From: Bugula neritina
Lineage: Eukaryota > Animalia > Bryozoa
DNA: 64,000 bases
Direction of reading: 5' to 3'
NCBI GenBank assembly: GCA_964035545.1
Contig: OZ037766.1
Span: 6,748,722 to 6,812,721 of the forward strand
The translations under genes were made by a program, and so were the position numbers. This document shows positions 13,468 through 25,736 of the stretch, one piece after another. Every line of letters starts with the position of its first letter. The stretch's first letter is position 1. The notes below the pieces were generated by a model. That model was not told the origin of the DNA. It did not search any database and worked only from the letters and a program-made list of their open reading frames with translations.

Positions 13468-16400
13468 GGGGTAACGGGGGGGGGGGGGGGAGGGGGGCAC
13501 AACAGTCATAGGGGTACAAAAAGCCGCTCAAATTGTGAGAGAACTTTTTGACTTAGAGTTGTGATATTTTTTAATAATAAGGTATTGACATAATTTTTCA
13601 GCCATTGTAGTTTCCACACTTGCGGAGCATACATGTTGAAGAGGCAAGTCAAAAACTGTTTTTACCTACTTTTTGTAAATTTTTTAAGATGTCGTTAAAG
13701 CTTTATAACTTTTTACACTCAATGGTAACAAGCCTAGATTTAACTAATATTGTTGCCATTGCTTGTCCCTACATTGCTTAACTAGTATAACAGCAAACTC
13801 TAAAATAAATTTTCCTTGAGCCACAGTTATTTTCAACTTGGCCACATGGGGCACAATTGGCCACCTGATCCTTGCACCCTGATCACTGTTATTAGTTTGT
13901 TTGCCCAAAAAATTAGTTAAAATGTTAATAAAATTTATAGATATAGCCATTTCTGACCTTTTTGTAAAATATTAAAGACATCACGGTAAGACTACAAAAC
14001 TACAAAGTGAAGCTCCCCTAATATATACATCTGGTGAGGTAATTATAGCTTTGCCATTTTATACATCATACAAAACACTCTACTGTTGCTACTAGTGGAT
14101 AGTCATGATATTCGTTATACATTGTATCATTGAGGGAATATACATGTATTTGACTAAAATAATTTGCGGTTTGCTCATTTCCTTCCCCCTCCCCCTTTCG
14201 TACTCCAGTCATAAACCTCAGCCATGCACCTTAGCTACAGAATTCATAGAAAAAGTTCACTCGGAGTTTTGTAGTACATGTTACTAAAGTTTTTTTTGAT
14301 AAAAGTTCCTGTGAAGTGGAAATAGAAAAATATTTTTAGTTCTAAACAGTAATGATAATGGCACCGTAGAAATGAGTGATGTGCATTAGCACAAACTGTA
14401 CAGCTAAAACAAGATTTTTGCTGTAGATATGAAAGAATATTCTTATTTATTTGTAATAATAATTAAATAAAGATCAGATGCAACCAAATCAACCACAGTT
14501 GGTTTAAGGTCATTACTTTCCAGATTCAGGCACTGCTTTATGTTATATATAAACAGTTTCCAGGAGATAGCTCGAACAGTTTTTGTCTCACATTAATAAA
14601 TTTTACATGAAAAGATAGCTCTTGCATTCCTCTTTCATATACTTTTTTAATTTTTCAATAAAAAATTTTCTGAGAAAGTTGTTGCATAATAAGTAAAATT
14701 TTACACCCTCCATGTTCCACTGCTGTAGCACAGGGGATTCATTTTACAAAGTTTAAATGTTAAACTTGACATTCCTTGATATGTTTTCTCTAATATACTT
14801 TCTTTGTTTTTTGAAATTCTGTTTATGCTCTTCACAATTTGGTAAAAACATACACCATTTTGCAAGTTTCACTGCAATTTTCTAAATTCTTCATATGGTG
14901 GTTCTAGCTACGCTCCTGTGACTAATTATAACATTCCTAGTAGTTTGCCGCTCTGCGCTATCACAATAACATATAGTACCCTCTCGCACAAATTGGCAAT
15001 CTATTGGATTTCTGCCAATATAATGCTCCCTGTTTTACTTTAGCACTCAGCTGAATCATCTCACTATGTTACAATAATATATTGAAAATGCCTCAGCACA
15101 ACATAATTCTTTGTTTGTTTGGCAAAGTTAATTTCAGCTAAATCACTTCACTTTGCAGTCTTGTCAGTAGATGTCTGTCTATAGCGCAGCAGGTGTACTT
15201 TCAGTTTCTCTAATTCACATATAATTATTTTAAGTACATTGTATTCTATAAGATCAATTTAAGGTTTAGTCCAGTGTTCAGTATCTAATTATTATGCATG
15301 TATGTTGTCTTACTGTTGAACAAAATTTAAAAAAAACTTTACAATTATAGCCATATTTATTATACATGCGTAGGATTTGCATAAGTTGACAAAAAAAATT
15401 GCAACAAAACAGGGTTGAACCATGACCACCCAACTCGTCACTGACGCATCTAACCTCTGGACCACGCTTTTATCGTTAATGAGACGCGCACTATATGAGT
15501 AACTATCATTACATAAATATTTCGCGCGCAAATGGGTTAGGCTATCGCAATTAGGCTGTCAATTCATGTTGATAGCAGTCAACTGTTGCGATAGTCTCGG
15601 GTTACTAGCAAAGCTAATTGTTTTGAACAAATAACCCAAAAGTTTAAAAATAAGTAGCTTGCGTATTACTAGCTACAAAAACAGGTCTGAAATAGACTGT
15701 TAAAGCAAGCTCTTATTGTAGAGTTTGCAGGTGTGCTCTAAAATAAAACTTAAACTGTATGCTATTGCATAAGTATTTGTATGCGAGAGATAAATGGACA
15801 TTACTGAGTTTCTGGAAAACAACATACTTGAAGTTAACTTTGACAATGGTGTGTTATTTTCATCATAGCTAGCCTATAGCATAAATCTCTAATCATATGA
15901 ATCTTTATGAAGCCCACAGCTCGTGTAAGGGTGGCAATGTAATTTGAAACGAACAATTATGTTGCTGCATTGTGTCTAAGGTATATTAGAGAGCAGAATT
16001 TGGTTTTACTAGCCTACCCCAACTGCATTCTACAATGCAGCTTATATGCTGGCAGTTGTAATAAGTACTGCCAATAGCAAGGTTACTATCACTGCTAGCT
16101 CTGTGCAGTATGTGACCTCTTGAATAATTGCGCCAATTTTAAACTCTTGGAAGTTGGCCAAGTTATCATATCGCAGCCAGCCACTGGAGACAAAGCATCA
16201 GAGCTATTCATATAATATTTTACTGATGCACTTGGTAGCAGAGTGGCTAATCTAATATAGTTCATAGTTCAACACCCTTTACTTTGGGAATACAGCCTCT
16301 TTTTTTAGGTTTACCTAACAAAGCATGAAAATATCTGAACTGATATTCTGATAATTTAGAGGTACATTTTGAAAACTAGGTTAATTGCACTTGTTTGCAC

Positions 16401-17322
16401 AACAACAATAATAAAATAGATATTATGCAGTATAATAAAAACACACATAATACTATATAATATATTATAATGGTAATAATATAATATTGTAAGTACCATT
16501 ACTGCATTTTATAAATCACATGGTTGCCAAAAAAATGTATCACAAATGCTGTAATTATAAATCAAAAATAGAACTATAGCTAGGCAGCAGGTTAGAATAG
16601 AGTAAATTTTTAAAACATGAAATCATGATTTGACTATTGTTTTATTTAGGCCAACCAACCTAGGAATACAAGATTGGGTTTTAGCTGACAGTTTATAACA
16701 TTTAGCTTTTGAGCCAGCAGCACTGGCACTTGTGAAGTATAGGCAAAGTTAGTGAAGCGAGACTAACAAGCACTCAAATACAAGGCATATTGAGACGCAA
16801 TAACAAGTCAGGAGCGTATAAATTAAAAAGAATGTGGAAGGGGGACTATGTTTTTCAACAAGCTATAACTTAAACATGAATTGGCTTTTGAAAAAAATAA
16901 AAAAGTATATTGGAGAACATAAGTTTCTTTATCTTTTCATATTTTTTTTGTTCCTGTGACATTCAATCTGTTCGAGCTATCAGTGGAACATTGTTCATAT
17001 AGAACATAAAGCACCTGGCAAAGAGCCAGAAAATGAAAAGTATGACCTTAAACTAACTGTGAACAGTTTCAATATATTTGTTGTGTTCCACCCAGTAGCC
17101 AATTGCACTCCTGTACCTGGGCACAATGGGCTGATTTTTTCGTCGTGAAAATTTCATTATTCTAAAAGTTGTGAGAGAGATAAAAACAACAAACTGATAA
17201 CCTGTAATAGACAACAGATGCAGCATTTAGACTAGGGATTATTGAACTAGTAACTTGAAAAGCAGACGAATGAGAGCAAAAAACTCAAAATTAAGCCCAT
17301 TGTGCCCCCCCTCCGTTATCCC
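13468..17322. mobile_element. TA-flanked non-autonomous DNA transposon, copy 1, interrupted by a 2.6-kb insertion
   Basis: TIR ggggtaacgg...gcacaa / ttgtgcc...ccgttatccc, TA on both sides; 13468-14490 plus 17065-17322 aligns with the intact copy at 31508-32829. Confidence 0.85.
14494..17061. mobile_element. CAC-terminated DNA transposon (CMC/Chapaev-like), decayed
   Basis: TIR cacagttggtttaaggtcattactttc / gaaaagtatgaccttaaactaactgtg; 3-bp TSD aac; absent from the sister copy near 32570. No intact transposase. Confidence 0.8.
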
Positions 17323-19083
17323 TACCTATAAATTATTGGAAATCATTCAAGAGAGTGAAATAATTCCAAAAAAATGCAGCTTGTGCTTGTGGGAATACTT
17401 CTTATACTATGCAGACCAAATATATGTATGTGTACTTTAAACAAAATAAAGGAATTACTGTCAACCTGCCGACACTCGAAACAATTTCAATTCTAGCTGC
17501 AGTCATAAAACATAAATACTTGGTGTTTAGACTATATTATAATAATGATATTTAAATAGTTACCCAATAACTAAAAACATAACATCTACAAAATTTTTGT
17601 TTACTGATTACATGAAATACATGAGTTTTGATATAGACTGTACTCACCATTATATTATGTGTATGATCAGCGATGATAGTAACAGAACTATGTTTCTAGT
17701 CCATGTGTGCTACTAGCTTCTCACCAACTCTACCAGTTATCTATGTTATCATTTATTTGAACAGCGCTCTTGTATTAATTATCCTATCATAATTTTATGT
17801 TGAAGTATTCAGTTTGCTGGATGCATAGTCGCCAATACTGCAAAATGTAAAAGCTTGAACCATTGCCAAGGACTGGAAATATAACAGCCAAGTTAATATA
17901 TTTGTGACTAATAGAATTGTCTTTCAGTTACCACGTGTGCAATGAGGGTAGAGACTTATTGAACCATAACATGACATAGAACATACACATCTAGCTGGCT
18001 GTCACTTTGTAACTTCAAAAGGGAAAGCAACATTTTTCAAAGAAGTATTTATACATACATAGATGCTATACATCATATAGTAGAGAATTCAACTTAAAAA
18101 ATACAACAATAATGCAAACAAGAAATTGGTTTGCTTCTTGTTGTTTTGCTGCAACAGTACCATACTCAATTCAAATTTACTAGCTGGGAACACAACTCCA
18201 ATAGTCTGCAGTATCCACTCAAGGAAGGGCACTTTATCAGCAGATTTGATATCATTTTTATAAGCCTATAAAATGAGGTGAAATGCATCACTGGAATCCC
18301 AAAAATTAAAGTAGGTGCAGTATAAAGAATTTAGGGAAAAGCTTGCATTCTAGATCAGCTATTTCTAATCTTGCTATTGAAACTAATGCGGTCGATTTTT
18401 GGGATATGTGTATATGGCATTGTTTACTAATAGTCAATTTAATTTTTTTGTAACATCACAACTTCAAGGTCAGTATAGTTGATCAGCTTTTATTTACACT
18501 CAAATACAATTAGATAATGGAAGGGGGCGATACGGCATTCGGACAAGTTTAATATAACTATAAGTACCCTTAGATTGCACCATAATTTTCTAGAAAAAAA
18601 TTTGTTTTCGAACATGAATGCCTTATTTTAAAAAAACTATTTACCAAATTCCAATACGAATACTATTTTAGTTTTGGCAAAGTAATTATTTACAAAATAA
18701 ATAAATAAAAATAGCAATAACTTATTAAAAGTTGATATTGAAAAATTGAGTATTTTACATTGCAAGATAAGCTAGGTAGTTTTAAAGCCCGTAAGCCCTT
18801 CAGCTCAAAACCAACAGATAAGATATCTCAACACTTGAAAGATGAAAATACATAAAATATTTTAAGAACAAAACACTAGAGCAAACAAGCAGTTGAGTAG
18901 AAATAAAATAAAGCACCGTCTAGAATACTTCTTCCAAAACTGAAAATTATCAAATTATCAGCAATTTATATTTGTATTACGCACAACAAATGTTTGAACT
19001 AGCAGTTATCTTAGTTTTATGAACAATAAAATAACAAAATAAAAACTGTACACAGTCTAAAATTGACTATCTGAGAGCTGGTG

Positions 19084-22000
19084 TCAAAAAACTCTAGTCA
19101 GGACGGACTCTTGTATCTTCTGTATTAGAGAGAATGGATCGGAGTTGACATTTGAAAACTGAAAAATTAATATAAAAGTTGTCAACTAACGAGATAATAT
19201 TCATCAAGTGATACTATAAATTGAAGTACCATAGAATGCTGCTTGTTCCAGCCCATATTAACTGCCCAGCCCATATTAACTGCCCAGCCCATATTAACTG
19301 TCCAGCCCATATTAACTGCCCAGCCCATATTAACTAGAGGACACACTGTCATTGCAATCCACAATTCATCAAGAAATAAATGTATGCTCAAGTATTTCAC
19401 TGAATGTAACACTCTGATTATTCCTAACAATAGTAAGACTTGAGACTTCAAGTATTGAAAAGATTAGCTAGAAATGCTTACAGTGAATAGCTCCAAGGAG
19501 CTAATGTCAGACCTGGTATCAGATAGCCTGCCACGAGTGACAACACGAGTGAAGACAGGAAGAGCATTGAGTGGAGTGTAATACCGGTCCTGCAAAACAG
19601 TTAAAAACTTGGGCATAATTCACCCAAACTAGAAAATTATCATTTAGAAAGAAAAAGCATTTGAGTCCAAAGAATAACAAATTACAATAATGCATTTCGA
19701 TGAGAACTTAGGTATATCAATTAAAACTACACAAGGTACAATAGTTTATATCAAGCGATGTGAAAAGTTATACAAAATTACCCATGCTAAAAAGACCCAT
19801 AACCCCAGAACAAAACACCGAGCCTAGCGGTCATACAATTAAAAAATACATACTCCCGATACCCGAACAGGTGAGGTGAGGTGAGAATTAAATAATACAT
19901 ACTTGGACATACATGCAGAAGAGAGAAAATGAATGATATCGGAAGAGTGCACGAGATGAAAGTTGCAGGAAAGAGAAACCAGGGACGCCCAAAGCATAGA
20001 TGGCATGATACAATCAGAAAAGACCTCTTATCCTGTTCCCTCAATGAAGAGGAGGCTCAGGACAGGGTTAGGTGGAGAAGCCTAATTGAGCTAGGCCTCC
20101 GGCAGCCACCCGCTACCCGAACAGGACAAAGCAGAGATAGGTGAGCATTAAACAATACATACTTGAGTATATTTTACTATTAAAACAAACGTTTAAAATG
20201 ACTTTGTTTGAAAATTAAAATAAAATATGACAATTATAGATTTATAGTATTAGCAATTTCAACATTTGGAACATCAAATATTTATGCAATAGAATTTACT
20301 AACGGAGATTTGAATATTAAAACCTGGTCTATTGCTTAAAAATTTTGTAATTCACTATCAATTTTCATGAAACGATGTTCATATAATTTACTGGAAGTTA
20401 AACTTCTCGAATGTGAAGATACGGCACACCTATGTACATTACAATTTTCTCGTTTATTCAGTGCTTTATCTAATTGAATTTGTTTTTTTCATTAAAAACA
20501 GATATAGACTTCAATTTTGAATAATGAAGTCTGATAAAAGGTATAAATGAAGAAATGAGGATATCATAGCATTATTCACAGTAATAGCTTTCTATGAATA
20601 TGAAGTAAAGAGCAGACTTATAAATTTTTAGTAAACTTTTCATTAGAAATTTATTAGACTTTGCAGTGATTCTCTGCATTCAGTAGATCGAGTACCTCTA
20701 TACCTCCAAAATTTTAATATACTTGTAAATACAGCAATTCATAAAAGCAAGTCATTAGCTAGATTTTCTCATCACTGCATTATTAAGTTTGGCCAGCAAA
20801 TTTTACCGTATTAAGTTGTGTGCCTAAGCAATTTGTTCTCTTAATAAACTTTGTAGGCTCATTGCTTTGAGTAGTTTGAGAGTTTGGTCCACCCACTGAT
20901 GCACATTGCCACCAATAAATTATTCTCATACTTTCATCACAATTGGGATTTTGTTGTTATCTAACTAGATAACCTAAAAAACTAATCATTATGTAACAAT
21001 TTTGGCAAAAAACAATAAACCACCGTAATTGAAAATTATCAATACAAAAGCTATTATTTACTAATTTACTTTATACACTAACAATACTAACATAACTAAT
21101 CCGACATCTGCAATTCTTATGTAATGCTAGTAATTATATTTGAGTTATAGAGTGTGCTATTGTATGCATAACCCAAGATCCAATAAAATGCACTGGGAAG
21201 GGTGTCTGTAACTATCCTGCACAAAAATATATACATGACTCTGCAAGTTAGAGAATACTCACTGTTGAAGAACCATCTGCAAATGGAGTCAATGCCATGG
21301 AGAGGCAGAAAGAGTAGAGCTGCATGTCGTCTACATAGCCTAAAATACATGAAGTTACACAAATGGAAGGAGGGGGGGGGCACCTTTAGTCTGAAATTCA
21401 TTTAGTGCTGAATTATAACTATGTCAACTGATCAAAAGTTATTTCATACATTTTACTAAGAAGTTACCTTTCTACAAACTGCACTTGCAAACTTAGTAGT
21501 AGTAACAAATTCATTTCACTAATTTTATGAAATTTCCGGTTCATAATAACATATATAATGCATAAGAGCTAGGCAGCCGGACACTCATGTGAATAAGTGT
21601 GGATGTGGTACATGCTGCATTCACATTTCTTGCACCATTGAAACACTCACTTCTAAGTACGGCATAGAGTAACTGGAGGTAGTCTTTATTCATTTCTTTA
21701 GCCATAACCACTACTTCATTTTCTTTCTTGGGAGTCTACAAACATGACTTGAAGAATACAGTATAATAAAAATATTGTACTATGAGTAAGCATAAATTAT
21801 AATGAAACCTTATCATATTTGAGCATAAAATGAAAATTATTATATTTCAGTATAAAAAAGAGAAATTTGTGCAATAATTATAACTCTACTGTTTTGCAGT
21901 AAACTAACACCTCTTTCCACCATATACGCAGTAGTAATTAATAATAGTAACATCAGTTAGCAAGTTACTTACTAGCGTTGCTATGGCTACAGCAGACCCA

Positions 22001-25000
22001 TGCCTGACTGTTAGACCCAGCATGTCGTGAACAGATATAAAATCTGTAAAGAAATTTCTACCATGATCTTTGTGGTAGTCAAAAGCAGCTCTCCTCCAGT
22101 TTTCAAGATTACCTATAAGTTAAATTAGTAATAGTACTGTGGTAGATCATTATAAAAGATAGAATATGCTACCACAATACACAAGCATAATTAAAGGTGC
22201 AAAATGTGTGTGTTTGTGGTGTGTGTGTTTGTGGTGTGTGTGGGGGGGGATTCAAAATGGTAACCACTGAATTCCACTCACACCTGGACAACTACTTACC
22301 AGGGTAATGGTGAGGTGTGAGTATTGCTTGAAGATGGGGGTGATATTGACTCGCCCCACCAGGAGGTAGTAAATCCCATGTGATAACTGGATATCTATAC
22401 GATGGTTTATTTTTATACTGCTCTTTAAGCCTGAAACCAAAAACTGCCACTTGAAATATTAATAATATCTTAAGAGAGTTTTACTGAAGATAATAACTGC
22501 TATAATACATTGATAATAAAATTGATAACAAAACAAATATTTAGAGTTGGAATTAAAATACACTAGCCGTAAAGAGCTGAAGTACAAACCATCTCTGGCC
22601 AAGAGTAAACATATCTATGAACTGAGTCATGTCCCAGTTGAGAGCGTGATGAGTCTTCAACAGGATCAGTTGCTGCACCTCTTCATATCTAAAGGCGTTG
22701 GCAGCGGTTATACTCATCGCCGTCTCAAGACGACCCCCAGGGTCAGCAGCTGTAGCACTAATCAATAAGAAAGTGCAAACTGATTGCTCTAGCTAAGTAT
22801 ATTAAAATCTGACTTCTAATACTCATTTTCAGATTGGATGACATTTGGTTATTCAATAAAAATAGTTCAATACCAAAAAGCCCTTATTATTAGAGCACTA
22901 TTAAAATATTAACTAAGGCAAATTTGATTGAAATATGACTTAAAAAGAACAACACAAAAGTTAATAACAAATAATCTAATAAAGTTAAAAAAGCGACAAA
23001 TTTTATATCAGTGTTGGTTAAGGAAAGAGATATGGAAGTGAAAGTAAATAAGTACTAATTATTGGAAATGAGAATTAACGAACAGAGTGTTGGGAGTTAT
23101 CTCCAAGGACACACAATTCCTACAGGTTGTTAGACAGCTAGAGTATTTTACAACATTAAGGATAGCAAACAACGTGTTGAAAGCAGAGTGATAGTTACAA
23201 TTTTGAAGCTTTGCTAAGCACACAATTGAGCACAAAGACTAAAATAAAACCATAAGAAATAGAAATACAGAAAAGTGCTCAAATTACGCCGTCTATAGTA
23301 AAAAATGATATGATACCCAGATGAAGTACGGCTTTACTTACCCACAGTAATGGAGGTTTAGAAAGAGTACTGAGGTAATAAACACATAAAAAAGTCGATA
23401 AGATCGCATGCAATAAATACAAACGTTATGATGATTTAATTAGAATAATTTACTTTTACTTTAAAAATAATGTTTTGTATTTTATAGTTCACTCACCTTT
23501 GAGGTTTACAAAAGTCGCAAGAAGCACTCGTCTCTTTGTAAAGCTGCTCTACCCTGGAATTCAACAAGCATTAATACTTTTATTTTATGCCGCACAAATA
23601 GATAAGTTTACTACAGCCCATCAGAGGGAATGCAACAGAAGAATTTACGTGAGAATAGTGGAAAACTGAAACATATGCTATAATTATGGCAGTGGAGGTG
23701 TAGCATGCCAATACTTGATTTAGACTCTTACAGCACCAGTTTGCTAGGAGTGTGAAGTGAACCCATGCCCACTACACAACCAAGCCATATTAGTGGTTAG
23801 TTTCTTTCACATCCAAAAATTAATACAGTATATCTCTAGTATTCAATAGATATTAAGATGGCTGACGTTGCAAGATGGAATCCTAAAATTAATCAACATG
23901 AAAGTAATATTCTTTAAACGATGTTTCAAAAGAAAACAGCCAATTTTAATTTCAATTAATTATTATTTGGATTTGTGTTCTCTGTCCTGGTTTATCGTGT
24001 AATTGGACAGGCAAGAGTTGACCGTTGAAATAGTCTAATAAATATCTGTAGCTGCAGTTATAATAATTTACTAGTTTACTAAAACATACAGTGGAAAAAC
24101 TTATGAAAATAAAACTTCCAGTAACTAAAATTTGAAGTAACCAGTGCATACAGTTCCAGCTGGATTAATTTAATCTGATATAGTTAGATAAGGACTTCAC
24201 GTGTGAGATATTGATATTGGCTTTCCTAGAACAAAGATGGGTTAATGTGATAACGCTGGCAAGTATACCTGTCAAAGTCCGAAGATGTGGAGTCGGCAGT
24301 TGGTCGTTTGGCCCTGAGAGGATTGTATACCGTCTCTTCGCGTGTATACATGTTAAAGACCGACACCACCGTCTGCTGTAGAGCTTCTTTATAAAGAGCC
24401 ATGTTATTCCCCAGCCAGCCCAACATAGACTTCATAAAACCATTGTTATTTATAACAATCTCACCAGTTCTTGAGGAGATGACATACATCCTTGATATTC
24501 TATCAAATATCATTCTGCAGTCACTGAAATTAAAAAATTACAAAAAGATAGCAATATGGCTTTGCTTTGATAATATATCTAAAATCATTAACCAATATTC
24601 AATATGAAACTGAATACTTGAAAAAAAATATACAGTCAATTTGACAAATTTTCTGGTGCTAGTTCCTAAACACATATATTTAAAAAATTACTCATAAAAC
24701 AAGAATAAAAAAAACTGTAACGGTTAAAATTATTACATACAACTATGACTCATAAAATATTATAAACTGTCACCCAAAGGATTAGTCATATCAGTATACA
24801 TGTATATTGGTATAAGCATTTAGTACAGAGTCTTGTTTATGACTTCTCCATCACCTGAAAGCTGCCAGTTACCAAATAAACAGACAGAACAACCATTAAA
24901 ATACCTGTTCTTAGATTTCTTCAAGTTATTGAAAAGATCTGACAAATTTTGAATGCTCAACCCGTCTGTCTTACAAAGCTAGAAGAATAGACATAGAGAA

Positions 25001-25736
25001 GGTATTATAATGGAACAATGGTAATTTATGTAGCGAATAAATGAACAAAAATATACCACGCATAAAATGTTGTTAATAATAGCTTCATTCATGTCTTGTA
25101 GCCTAAAAAATGGGTGCCTGCAACTATTAAACATAATATTTAAACATGAAATTTAAGCCTTTAATTCTTGCACAAGTATATTTACTGTTATTTCTTATAC
25201 ATTGAGCATGTTTATATAGTAAAGCAAACCTTTTCAATACAAGTGAATACATGTGTGCATTAGGTGACATTAGTTGTTACAAAGTAGAACAAATATTCAA
25301 CATAAGCTGTAGCCTATATGACAGAGCAGTAGTATTTTAATAGGAGCATACACAAGAAATGTTGTTATACATTTTTAAATAATGCAATTATTTAAATTTA
25401 AGCCCTGTTGAAAAGTTACATTATTATGCTAAAATCACTCATTAAAGCTGATCGTACTTGCAATAAAATGGGAAGAGTCTACAGATAACTAACTAGTGTG
25501 TACAGTAACCCAATCTGTTTACAGACCCAAGAGTTGGTAGTTGAAGGGGGAACGACGAACTCCAGGAAGGAATAAGTTAAAGATCCATCATCAACATTCT
25601 GCAGATTAACTCCTTCCACTTTATTGTGTAAGTGATAGTAGTAGTAGAGTCCAGCAAAGATCAGCAGACAGGGCATTGCAGAGATGGTGAAGCGAAGCTT
25701 ACTGTTATATCCTGGTGTTAGTGTTGAGCAGTTCAT
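19084..25736 (-). CDS. Uncharacterised single-pass membrane protein of the GalT/HIT nucleotidyltransferase superfamily (~456 aa)
   Basis: 11 phase-consistent exons: 25736-25527, 24978-24905, 24514-24269, 23553-23497, 22757-22590, 22430-22300, 22112-21973, 21735-21651, 21339-21263, 19589-19482, 19158-19084 (1371 nt). Motifs: N-terminal hydrophobic FTISAMPCLLIFAGLYYYY, NPLRAKRP, CDFCKP, ANAFRY, WDLLPPGGASQYHPHLQ (GalT-type GAS..HPH.Q), RSDISSLELF. The first splice junction is the least certain. Confidence 0.85.
19248..19335. repeat. 18-bp intronic minisatellite (ccagcccatattaactgc) x ~5
   Basis: Directly visible; explains the repetitive ORFs at 19182 and 19243. Confidence 0.95.
19855..20145 (+). 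mobile_element. 5'-truncated RTE-clade non-LTR retrotransposon ends (two in tandem)
   Basis: RVHEMKVAGKRNQGRPKHRWHDTIRKDL...AQDRVRWRSL is the typical RTE C-terminal signature; (aggtg)n tails; ~18-bp target duplication attaaanaatacatact. Confidence 0.85.

Noticed and set aside
13744-14287. ORF pairs shared with 31773-32337 as transposase fragments
   Set aside because: Short, indel-disrupted and lacking DDE motifs; they reflect non-coding repeat similarity.
14494-17061. RAG-like/Transib transposon
   Set aside because: TSD is 3 bp rather than 5 bp, no nonamer-like motif and no recognisable RAG1 coding remnant.
19182-19451. Repetitive ORFs AVNMGW / QPILTA, or a CRISPR-like array
   Set aside because: Simple 18-bp intronic tandem repeat without spacers.
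21157-21216. Alternative terminal exon after a 46-nt intron in the GalT-like gene
   Set aside because: Would discard the conserved-looking RVVTRG/SDISSLELF/DPF C-terminus at 19589-19084.
23952-24046. Extra phase-compatible exon in the GalT-like gene
   Set aside because: Runs into a stop before the catalytic motifs; the flanking exons join cleanly without it.
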